36,920 nt of DNA, from contig CAZKIY010000003.1 in NCBI GenBank assembly GCA_964552875.1, positions 1,324 to 38,243 of the forward strand. The letters are read 5' to 3'. Each line of letters begins with the position of its first letter. The stretch's first letter is position 1. Positions 11,290-23,500 of the stretch are shown here, one piece after another. Origin of the DNA: an uncultured Planctomycetaceae bacterium. GTDB lineage: Bacteria > Planctomycetota > UBA1135 > GCA-002686595. The translations under genes were made by a program, and so were the position numbers. Under the pieces are notes generated by a model. The model was given only the letters and a program-made list of their open reading frames with translations, was not told the origin of the DNA and did not search any database.

Positions 11290-11513
11290 GGAAACGAAGC
11301 AGGGGCGCTCGTCCGCCACGGCCCAAGGCCTGTGGGAGTCGCGCCCCTGTGCAGTCCCTTCCGCGCCGAAGCGCCGACGGACGAGGTCCAGGGCCGGTCG
11401 AGTTCTCGAGTCCTTCTTGCCTGAGAGTTTCGCGAGGAGCGCAGGCCTCCTCACTTGCCCCTTCGGCGCCTGGCGCGTGGCCAGGACTCTCCCCGAGGTC
11501 GACGGCGTGTTGT
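11290..11513 (-). ncRNA. Glycine riboswitch in the gcvT leader: one canonical aptamer, a degenerate second aptamer and a terminator-like hairpin
   Basis: Reverse strand 11513-11398 reads CCUCGGGGAGAG-(hairpin CCUGGCCACGCGCCAGG)-CGCCGAAGGGGCAA-(hairpin GAGGAGGCCUGCGCUCCUC)-AAACUCUCAGGCAAGAAGGACUCGAG. This matches the glycine aptamer core GGAGAG / CCGAAGGGGCAA / CUCUCAGGCAA-AGGAC. Downstream there is a weaker copy (CCCUGGAC...GGCGC-UUCG-GCGC-GGAAGGGAC...CUCCCACAGGCC). A stem CAGGGGCGC/GCGCCCCUG (11349-11300) is followed by CUUCGUUUCC. Confidence 0.75.
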
Positions 11514-11585
11514 CGGCGACCAATCTAATCCCCGGCGCGGCCCGCGCCAAGCACGGCGACTCCTCCTTCCGAGCACGACCGCGCC

Positions 11586-13214
11586 GTGCGCGACGAGGTA
11601 CGTTTTTCCGTGGCGTCCCCTCGCGCGCATCGGCCCCGGACGGCACTCCTCCTGATGACCGCGGCGCCCTGCCTCGCGTCTCGGAGCGTTGCGCAAGGCG
11701 ACCCTTTCGCCCCTGCAATCCGGTGGGAGCACGGTCCGGCGCTCCAGGCCCCCGCTTTACCGCGCGCCGTCGCCTTCGCCGGCCTCGAGAACGCCGCAGT
11801 GGGCGCGTGGTCGGGCGGCAACCCGGGGTTCAGCGCGGCCGCAGCGCACGCCGTCGGAAGCTCCGATCCGCTCGCCCGCGAACCCGCGAGTCCGGGAGTG
11901 ACCGGATCGATCGGCATCGCGGCCGGCGAGTCGCCGTGGATCTTCGCGTTGGAGCAGGTGCCCGCCCCCGACGCGTGGCATCGGCGCACGCGCGTCCTGG
12001 GTTCTCATCTCGACGACGCGGCCGCGAGCGGCGGCATGACGCCGCGCTGGATTCGCGAGATGCCGTTCACCGCGAACGGCGCCGCGCGTGTCGCGACGGA
12101 TGCGAGCGGCGCGAGCGTGTGGGTCGCCGCGTACGACAACGTCGCGCAGCGCGTGCACGTCGAGCGACTCGATGCAGCGAGCGGAGCGGTCCTCGCCGTG
12201 CGCGACCTCACCGGGCTCGGGCTCCAAGAGATCGCCGTCGCCGCGGACGGATCGCGCATCGCGATCGCGGCAGGGCTCGACCTCCACGTGCTCGATGCGA
12301 CCGGGGCCAGCGTTCATCAGGCGTCGCTCACCGCGACGACATCCGCCCTCGCACTGTCGGGCGACGGCCGGACGCTCGTGCATGGCGCGAGCGGGATCCT
12401 CGCGGTGCGCATCGACGCGGGGTTCGGTTTCGTTCCGAGCGCGTCGATCGCCGCGAACGCGAGCGAACTCGCCGTCTGCACCGCACTCGACGCCGCTGGA
12501 TCGACTCTCGCGATCGGTTGGTGGAGCTCGAACATCGGGACGGCGTGGCGATTCGAAGTCCGCGATCTCACGGCGGGGACGCGCATCGAACAGCGCGCGT
12601 TCGTCGGGATCGCGGGCGGACTCCAAGACTTGCCGACCGCGGTCGCGTTGACAGCCGATGGTCGGCGCGCGGCGTTCGCGTGCTGGGGCACGGGCTCGAG
12701 CGCACCCGAAGCCGCGATCTGGGATCGCGCGACCGACACGTACGTGCTCGAAGCGAACCTCGCGGGTAGCGCGTTCGACCTCGCGCTCGACGCGACGGGC
12801 ACGCGCGCGCTCGTCGCCGAGAAATCGACGCACGCGAACGTGCTGTCGGGAACGGGCGAGGTCGTGTTGCTCGACACGGGCGAGCGCGATCTCCAAGTGC
12901 TCGGCGCACCACGCGTCGGCGGCACGCTGCACCTCGCCGCTCGCGCGGCGGGCGCCACGTCCGTGCTGTTCCTCTTCGGCGATCCGGTCGCAGTCCCGTT
13001 CCGCGTGCCCGGCGTCGCTGGTTCACTCGCTCTGCGGCGCGTCGGGCTCGGCGTGATGCGTTTGATCACCGATGCTCAGGGCCGCGCGGACTGGACATCC
13101 GCGATTCCCGCCGACCCAGCACTGATCGGGACGACGCGCTCTTTCCAAGCCGCTTTCCGCGGCCCGCTCGGGACGCGACTCGGATCGACGCTGCTCCACG
13201 TGCGCGTGCTGTAG
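11586..13214 (+). CDS. Secreted repeat protein, probable beta-propeller (function unknown)
   Basis: Signal-like N-terminus RTALLLMTAAPCLASRSVAQG, with an alternative ATG at 11655. A motif x-A-(L/V)-(S/T/A)-x-D-G-(S/R) recurs about every 45 aa: IAVAADGSRIAIAAG, LALSGDGRTLVHG, VALTADGRRAAFACWG, LALDATGTRALVAEK. High GC3. Confidence 0.6.
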   Translation: MRDEVRFSVASPRAHRPRTALLLMTAAPCLASRSVAQGDPFAPAIRWEHGPALQAPALPRAVAFAGLENAAVGAWSGGNPGFSAAAAHAVGSSDPLAREPASPGVTGSIGIAAGESPWIFALEQVPAPDAWHRRTRVLGSHLDDAAASGGMTPRWIREMPFTANGAARVATDASGASVWVAAYDNVAQRVHVERLDAASGAVLAVRDLTGLGLQEIAVAADGSRIAIAAGLDLHVLDATGASVHQASLTATTSALALSGDGRTLVHGASGILAVRIDAGFGFVPSASIAANASELAVCTALDAAGSTLAIGWWSSNIGTAWRFEVRDLTAGTRIEQRAFVGIAGGLQDLPTAVALTADGRRAAFACWGTGSSAPEAAIWDRATDTYVLEANLAGSAFDLALDATGTRALVAEKSTHANVLSGTGEVVLLDTGERDLQVLGAPRVGGTLHLAARAAGATSVLFLFGDPVAVPFRVPGVAGSLALRRVGLGVMRLITDAQGRADWTSAIPADPALIGTTRSFQAAFRGPLGTRLGSTLLHVRVL

Positions 13215-13449
13215 AGCGGAACCGGAGACGCACCTCAGCGCCTGCGACGTGCTCGGCCCATCGCGACAAAGTCTTGGACGGAGACCCTCGGACGGTTGGC
13301 GGTGGCGAGCCACGTCGGCGTCACCATTCGAGCGCTCCGCAGCGACCGGGTTGAGGTCGCGCGGATGCGGCCGTGAGGCGCGCGTCGGAGAGGTTGGGGC
13401 CCACCCGTGGCCTCAACAGGGCTCCCTGGCGGGGCATTGTTGCCGAGAC

Positions 13450-13484
13450 TTGACAACTTTCGGCATTCGGTCGATGCTTCGGGC
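13450..13484 (+). promoter_or_regulatory. Candidate sigma70-like promoter for parDE, giving a near-leaderless transcript
   Basis: TTGACA (13450-13455), a 17-nt spacer, then GATGCT (13473-13478). The ATG of parD lies 6 nt further on (13485). Confidence 0.3.
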
Positions 13485-13760
13485 ATGCGACAAGCGAGCG
13501 ACCTGACCACCCTGAACGTCTCCCTGCCCCGGCCGCAGCGTGAGTTCGTCGAAGCCGAAGCCGCACGCTCCGGCTGCACGACGACGAGCGAGTACGTCCG
13601 CCGGCTCATCCACGAAGCGCAGAAGCGGGCAGCGCAGGACGAGCTCGAGAGAAAACTCCTTCAGGGCCTCGACAGCGGTGATCCGATCGACGTCACGCCG
13701 GAGTACTGGGAGCGCAAGCGCCGGGAGCTCATCGAGCGGCATGCGCCGAAGAAGGCGTGA
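13485..13760 (+). CDS. parD: ParD/CopG-type ribbon-helix-helix antitoxin
   Basis: Starting from the internal ATG at 13485: MRQASDLTTLNVSLPRPQREFVEAEAARSGCTTTSEYVRRLIHEAQKR...LLQGLDSGDPIDVTPEYWERKRRELIERH. This matches the ParD4-like antitoxin pattern. The stop overlaps the toxin start. Confidence 0.75.
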   Translation: MRQASDLTTLNVSLPRPQREFVEAEAARSGCTTTSEYVRRLIHEAQKRAAQDELERKLLQGLDSGDPIDVTPEYWERKRRELIERHAPKKA

Positions 13761-14086
13761 CCCGGATTCGCGTACGACCGCAAGCCGATCGCGACATCGA
13801 TCGAGCGGCCGACGATTACGCCCACGACGCGAACGTTGACGTTGCCCTCCGGTTCCTCGCAGCGATCGACGAAGCCTTCCTCCGGTTGTGTCGCCATCCA
13901 AAGAGCGGGAGTGACGTGCAGAAGGTCAGCACACGGCTCGCTGGGCTGCGGTTCGCTCTCGTGCCCGGCTTCGAGAGCTACCTCGTGTTCCACATTCCAT
14001 CGCCGGAGTGCATCGAGATCGTCCGCATCCTGCATGGAGCGCGCGACCTGGCCCCAATCCTCGAAGAGGACCTGGACGGACAATAG
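13757..14086 (+). CDS. parE: ParE/RelE-family toxin
   Basis: 109 aa, with a GTG start overlapping the parD stop. Motifs seen: RVRPQADRDIDRAADDYA...ALRFLAAIDEAFLRLCRHPKSG...ALVPGFESYLVFHIPSPECIEIVRILHGARDL. Confidence 0.8.
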   Translation: MTRIRVRPQADRDIDRAADDYAHDANVDVALRFLAAIDEAFLRLCRHPKSGSDVQKVSTRLAGLRFALVPGFESYLVFHIPSPECIEIVRILHGARDLAPILEEDLDGQ

Positions 14087-14300
14087 GGAACGCGCCGTGT
14101 TACCTGGGATGTGACACGAGTTCCCAGCAGCCCGTGGTGAAAGTCGCCGCGCCGCTCGAGCGGGCACCGGCCGCTCGAGTGGCCTGACGCCCTCATCGCC
14201 GTCCGCGGCTGCACCTCCCTAGACGCGCGCGGGTACACCTCCGAATCGAAGCTGCCTGTAGACTCCGCATGTTCGATTCCCCCGCAGCCCCCGCTCGCGC

Positions 14301-18008
<3,708 letters not shown>

Positions 18009-18088
18009 CCCTTGGCCCTCGAACCCTCAGTCCTTTTCCCTTTCCGAAGGTGACGACATCCCTCGTCCGCCGCGTCACCGCGTTCTGA

Positions 18089-18119
18089 GCGCGGCGCAGC
18101 CGCGCGGCGACATTTTTTT
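18089..18119 (+). terminator. Candidate hairpin plus T-run between the target gene and TR
   Basis: GCGCGGC-gca-GCCGCGC (18089-18105), then ggcgaca, then TTTTTTT (18113-18119). The 7-nt gap between stem and T-run is atypical. Confidence 0.35.
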
Positions 18120-18244
18120 CTCAACCGTGGGAACCGCGTCCAAAATCTCCGCGAAGAGCTGGATTCACGCGCCTCGGATCGGAAGGCTGCCCTCATGGCC
18201 GGGGCGCGTCCCCGACCCTGGGGCACAGATCGTAAGCGTCGCTG

Positions 18245-18360
18245 ACGCGCGTTCTGCGCGGCGGGTCCTGGAACAACAACCCTGACAACTGCCGCGCCGC
18301 CAACCGCAACAGGAACGCGCCCGCCAACCGGAACAACAACGTCGGTTTCCGCGTCGCGAG
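18245..18360 (+). repeat. DGR template repeat (TR), non-coding, adenine-rich at AAC codons
   Basis: Read in the VR frame it gives [38 protein letters not shown]. It has 11 AAC codons and 26 adenines in total. Confidence 0.9.
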
Positions 18361-18382
18361 CACGCCCGAAGTCCGAGCTTGG

Positions 18383-18946
18383 GTGATGAACCAACCACAT
18401 CTCCTAGGGAGCGCATCGGGGAGTCCCGGACCTGGTCCCGAGCGCGAGATCGTTCCGCCGCCGCACGCGGGGACGGAGCCCTCGTCGCCAAACGCCTGCG
18501 AAACCCGGCCGCCTCCTCCTCACGGAAAGGCGGCCGGGCCTGCTCTCGCCGACCTCGAAGCCGAGGGCGCCGGCGCCGCGCGACCGGCGCGCGCGCCGAG
18601 GCCGACGCTTCAAGTCATCGAGAGCACGCACGACCTGATCCTCTGGGCTGTCCCCGCGATCGGGAAGTTCCCGCGACACCTGCGCTTCACGCTCGGTGAG
18701 CGCATCGAGCAGCGCCTCTACGCCCTGCTCGAGAGCCTGATCCAGGCCCGGTTCGCGAGCGGGCCCAAGAAGGTCGAGCACCTGCGCCAAGCGAACGTCG
18801 ACATCGAGATCGCGCGGCACGGAGTCCGCCTCGCCTGGCGACTGCGGGTCCTCTCCCTGAAACAGCTCGAGCACTTCGCCCGCCTCACCGACGAGGTCGG
18901 CCGGCAAGTTGGCGCCTGGATGAAGTCGGCCACGGCGGTTCGATGA
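18383..18946 (+). CDS. avd: Accessory variability determinant (Avd-like four-helix-bundle protein) with an atypical low-complexity N-terminal extension
   Basis: The C-terminal ~115 aa have the Avd-type helical pattern: [47 protein letters not shown]...[45 protein letters not shown]. Starts are GTG 18383 or ATG 18386. The stop overlaps the RT start (ATGA). Confidence 0.8.
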   Translation: MMNQPHLLGSASGSPGPGPEREIVPPPHAGTEPSSPNACETRPPPPHGKAAGPALADLEAEGAGAARPARAPRPTLQVIESTHDLILWAVPAIGKFPRHLRFTLGERIEQRLYALLESLIQARFASGPKKVEHLRQANVDIEIARHGVRLAWRLRVLSLKQLEHFARLTDEVGRQVGAWMKSATAVR

Positions 18947-20004
18947 GCGCCGGCCGCTGCGTACCTCTGGGTGCGTTCGAGGAGTTGTCGAGCTTCCCGG
19001 CCTTGATCCGTGCGAGTCGTCTGGCCGCTCGCGGGAAGCGCTCGTCTCCCGACGTCGCGGCGTGGCTCGCGGACTTGGAGACCAACGTCCTGTCGCTCTC
19101 GGCGGAGCTTCGCGCCGGAGCCTGGCGTCCGGCGGGCTACCGCGTGTTCGCGATCACGGACCCCAAGCCGCGCACGATCTGCGCCGCGCCGTTCGGCGAG
19201 CGCGTGGTGCACCAAGCCTTGATCAGCGCCGTCGAGCCGACCTTCGACCGTGGGTTCATCGAGGATACTTATGCGTGTCGCAAGGGTCGCGGAACGCACG
19301 CCGCCCTGCGCCGCGTGGCGGGATGGGCCGCCACCTATCCGTGGGCGCTCAAGATGGACGTTCGGAAGTACTTCCCCTCGATCGATCACTCCATCGCCTT
19401 GGAACTCGTCGCGCGACGCGTGCGCTGCCCGCGGATCCTGCAGCTCTTCGAGGTCATCCTGGCGTCGTGGGTCAGCGACGAAGCGCCGCGAGTTCGATTC
19501 GCCGGGGACGGGCCCGGCTCGACGGAACGCCCGCGCGGATTGCCGATCGGGAATCTGACGTCGCAGTTCCTGGCGAACGTCGTCCTCGATCCCGTCGATC
19601 AGCGGATCAAGTGCGGTCTCGGGGTCCGGCCCTACGCGCGTTATTGCGACGACTTCGTCGTCTTGGCCCACGATCGTGACGGACTGCGGCGCGTTCGCGA
19701 CGAGATCGAAGCCTCCCTCGCACGGCTGCGGCTCGTCCCGCACCCCTGCAAGACGCACGTCTTCCCGACCGCGCAGGGGATTCCCTGGCTCGGCTTCGTC
19801 GTGACGCCGCGTGGCATTCGCCTGCGCGAGTCCGGTCTGCGCGGCGCTCGACGTCGACTGCGCGCATTCACGTTCCGAATCCGCCGCGGGGACGCTCGGC
19901 CCGAGCGCTGGGTCGAGTGCGTTCGCGCTTGGGCCGCGCATGCGTCCCACGCGAGCGGCGGTCTTCGCGCGCGACTCTCGGCGCAGTGGGGATACGGAAG
20001 CTGA
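18943..20004 (+). CDS. DGR reverse transcriptase
   Basis: 353 aa. RT motifs are present: [44 protein letters not shown], the DGR-specific [16 protein letters not shown], the catalytic [12 protein letters not shown], and WLGF. Confidence 0.95.
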   Translation: MSAGRCVPLGAFEELSSFPALIRASRLAARGKRSSPDVAAWLADLETNVLSLSAELRAGAWRPAGYRVFAITDPKPRTICAAPFGERVVHQALISAVEPTFDRGFIEDTYACRKGRGTHAALRRVAGWAATYPWALKMDVRKYFPSIDHSIALELVARRVRCPRILQLFEVILASWVSDEAPRVRFAGDGPGSTERPRGLPIGNLTSQFLANVVLDPVDQRIKCGLGVRPYARYCDDFVVLAHDRDGLRRVRDEIEASLARLRLVPHPCKTHVFPTAQGIPWLGFVVTPRGIRLRESGLRGARRRLRAFTFRIRRGDARPERWVECVRAWAAHASHASGGLRARLSAQWGYGS

Positions 20005-20095
20005 TCCCGTCGACTCTCCGTCCTGCCTGAAGAGGCCCGCGCGTGAGCGCCGACCCTTCGACCTCGAGTGCGTTCGTTTCCCGGTGGGCACGAGA

Positions 20096-20320
20096 CTGGA
20101 GCTCGGACTCGAACTCCTCGACGCTCGGTAGGCTGCCCTTCAGATTCTTGGGAAGCGTCGCGAGGACCTTCGTCTCCCACTCGGCCACACCGCTCGGTTT
20201 CTTCAGGTCGCGCAGCGCGTACTCGACGACGATCTTGTCCTTCGAGCGGCACAGCCTGAACCCGATCGTCGGCTTGTCGTCGGGATGCCGCAGGAGATCG
20301 TCGACGGCGCGTGAAGCGAA
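20096..20320 (-). pseudogene. 3'-terminal remnant of a DUF1016/YhcG-type PD-(D/E)xK nuclease gene
   Basis: The reverse-strand frame, bounded upstream by a TGA at 20323-20321, reads AVDDLLRHPDDKPTIGFRLCRSKDKIVVEYALRDLKKPSGVAEWETKVLATLPKNLKGSLPSVEEFESEL. From memory this matches the conserved C-terminal ~70 aa of YhcG-like proteins (PtIGliLC--Kn--vVEYAL---kPigVa-y...LP--L---LPs-eel). No N-terminal part is present. Confidence 0.5.
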
Positions 20321-20542
20321 TCAGCAATTGCATGCGGAGATCGAGGCGCTGCATGTCGCCTCGACGCCACGCTGGCGTCCGCCGGATCCGTGAGTCGAGG
20401 ACCGCCTCCGTCTCAAGGCGCGCGCTCATCCCCGCCGATAGCGCGGAGGATCGCATCCGGACCCCCTCCGGCGGCGGTCCGTCCGCGCATGTCCGCGGGC
20501 GCACCCTCGAGATACACGAAGAGAATTCCATTGAGGTCCCCG

Positions 20543-23500
20543 ATGCGTCTTGGGAAGTACGCGATCCCCGTCACGTTCGCCGTCCTGGCATCCTTCACCG
20601 GCTGCTCCAGCGGCTCGAGCGAGGTCACTTCGAACGCGATCTCCGCGGTCGTTCAGGACCTCGACGCGGATCCGACGGGTCAGACGACCACCATCACGTT
20701 CGTGCGCGACGACGGCCTGGCCGCCGCGACCATCGCGAACTTCGTCTCTGAGGACGGAGAGACGGCCACGTCCGTCGACGTCGCGGGCTCGGTCGTCACC
20801 GTCGAATGGGACGGGCGCGTCACGCCCTCGAACCGCGTCCGCGCGACGGGGTTGACGGACGTTCCCGAGACTTTCGTCTCTGTCACGACGAGTGACGACT
20901 CCGCGCCGACGTTCGCTATCACGTCGGGCACGCAGACCACGGGCCTCGGCGGTGACGGCGTCGTCGTCACCTGGTCCGGTCCCAACGTCGTCGAAGCCGA
21001 CGTCGAGGACTTGGACAATTGGACCCTCACGATCGACGGAACGACGATGGACCTCGACGGGTCCACGTTCGTCCTGAACCCGACCACGCAGGTCCTCACG
21101 ATCACTCTCGGGGATCTCGCGAACCTTCACGCCGACTTCGAGCTCGAAACGAGCGGTGTGCGCGGCGTCAACGACGTCACGGTCTCGTCCGCGGCCGTCG
21201 CCGGCGCGGCGAGCGGTGATGCGGTCGCGCCGACGCTCACGTCCGTGGTGCAGAACCTCTCCGAGGACGAGTTCGGCCGCGTCGTCGACTTCACGTTCAG
21301 CGAAGCGATGGATCCGGTCTTCTCGACTTCGATCGCGCACTTCACAGTCTCTGCTCCGGCCACGGCGACCACCGTCGAGCAGCCGAGCGAGAACGTGCTG
21401 CGCGTCTCGTTCAGCGCGCCGATCGTGCCCGCGGCGGACGACGTCGACCTGTCGGGAATCGTGGACGCGCACGGCAATCCGTTGACCGACGCGACCGTTG
21501 CGGTGACGCAGCCCTCGCCGGTCGCGAACGCATTCGCGGCGACGCCCGAGGCGACGACCGTGGCGGACGCGGGTGGCGACACGCTCGTCGTGGAAACGAC
21601 GCAGGCTCTCGATCCGGACACGGCCGAGGATCCGGCCAGTTGGACGCTCGTCGTCGACGGCAACACGATCGACCTCGCCGCTCAGACGCTGGCGTACGAC
21701 CTCCTCGCGAAGACGCTCACGTTAGAACTCGCGTTCGACATGTCGAACGGCGACGCGTTCACGATCACGGGCGTCTCCGTGCTCGACGTCGACGGTCAGA
21801 CGTTCGCGCAGAGCTCCGGCGGCACGGTCGCCGGCGATTCCGGTGCACCCGCACTGACCTCGATCACGCAGAACCGCAACGTCGACACGGCCGGCAAGAC
21901 GCTCGATGTCCGATTCTCCGAGGACGTGCTCGAAGTCGGTGCCGAAACGCTGGGCAACTACGTGGACAACGGCACGATGACGCTGCAATCGGCGACGCTC
22001 CTCGTCGGACTCGACACGGTGCGCCTCGTCTACGACGCGGCCGTCGTTCCGGGCGACGTCACGATCGCGATTTCGAACGTGCAGGACCTGGCCGGGAACA
22101 CGATGACGGCGGTGCCGGCAGCCACCGTGATCTCCACGGACATCGCGAGCCCGAGTCCGACCACGGCCCAGGCCGACGCTGTCGCGGGTGGAGCGAACGA
22201 CACGGTCACCGTGCAGTTCGACGACGACATGATCGAGTCCGAGATCGAGGACCCCACGAATTGGACTCTCGAGTCGCCCGTCGGCACGAGCGTCTCGACG
22301 GCGAGCGCCACGATCGCGTACACGAGTGCCTCCCGCACCGTGACGCTCGCGCTCACGAACAGCGAGAATTTCCAGCGCGGCGACGACTTCCAAGTCTCGT
22401 TCACGAGCTGCCGTGACATCGGCGGCAACGCGATCACGACCGCCACGGTGACCGGTGACGTGGATGCCGAGGACGATTCCCCCGAAGTCCACGCGGCCTA
22501 CCGCGAGAGTGCGGTGGCGAACGAGCTCGTCGTGACCTTCACGGAGCCGTGCGCGAACCTCGACGACCTCTACGACGCGACGACGAACGCGGACGGGACG
22601 CGCTACGACTTGCGCGATTCGTTCGGCGTATTCCGCGGCCGTCCGACCACGGCGACGATCGAAGAGTTCGGACTCGCCGTTCGCCTCGGATTCGGCTTCA
22701 CCGTGGGCGCCACCGACACGCTCGACGTGTACGGCACGACGGACCTGTGCGGTAACGCGCTCATCCCCGCGCTCGACGTGGCGACGGTCGCGGAAGCCAC
22801 CGCAACGCCCTCGCTCTCGACGGGGGCCTCGACCGTCACGGCCGTCTCCGGCGAGAACAACGACGAGCTCGTCGTGGTGTTCGACCGTCCGATGAACCCG
22901 TGGTTGCTCACCGATCACGACGGCTACGTGTTGTCCGGGCCGAATGGCCTGGTCGACCTGACCTATGCCACGTTGACTTTCGACGGCGCCTCGACCGTCA
23001 CGATTCGCCTGCGCGCGAACACGAACAACGACTTCACGACGGGCGCGAACTATTCGCTCTCGATCAACGAGGTCTACTCGAGCCAGGGCGTCCAACGAAC
23101 GGTCACGCAGACGGAGAATCCGATCGCGGCGATCGGTGACACCACCGCACCCGTGGTGCTCTCGACGGGCGTCCGTCTCGATCCGTCCGACGCGAACTCG
23201 CTGCTCGTCACGACGGACGAAACCGTCAACTCGACCGAGTCGGCGACCGCGGCGAACTACGACCTGAATTCCGGGACGATCGCCACGTCGGCTGAACGGA
23301 TCGGAGCGCGCGTCATTCGCGTGACCTTCGGCGTCGCGCCGATCGCCGGTGACACGCTGGACTTCACGGTTTCCGACTTGGCGTCGAACGCGACCGGCAC
23401 GATCAGCCGTGTCGTCACGGCGGCCGACGCGACTCCGCCGCTCGTGACTTCGGTCGCGGGCGTCATCGTGCCGGGCTATGGCGGCGACTACGTGGACGTG

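Noticed and set aside
14242-14280. An inverted repeat cgaatcgaa / ttcgattc upstream of the kinase start, considered as a regulatory operator
   Set aside because: It is only an 8-bp stem with a ~22-nt loop in an intergenic region. That is too weak to distinguish from chance without comparative data.
19868-20188. A 106-aa reverse-strand ORF overlapping the 3' end of the RT gene
   Set aside because: Only its N-terminal ~45 aa make sense, and they are the continuation of the DUF1016-like remnant frame. The rest is read-through antisense to the RT. It is treated as part of a pseudogene, not a gene.
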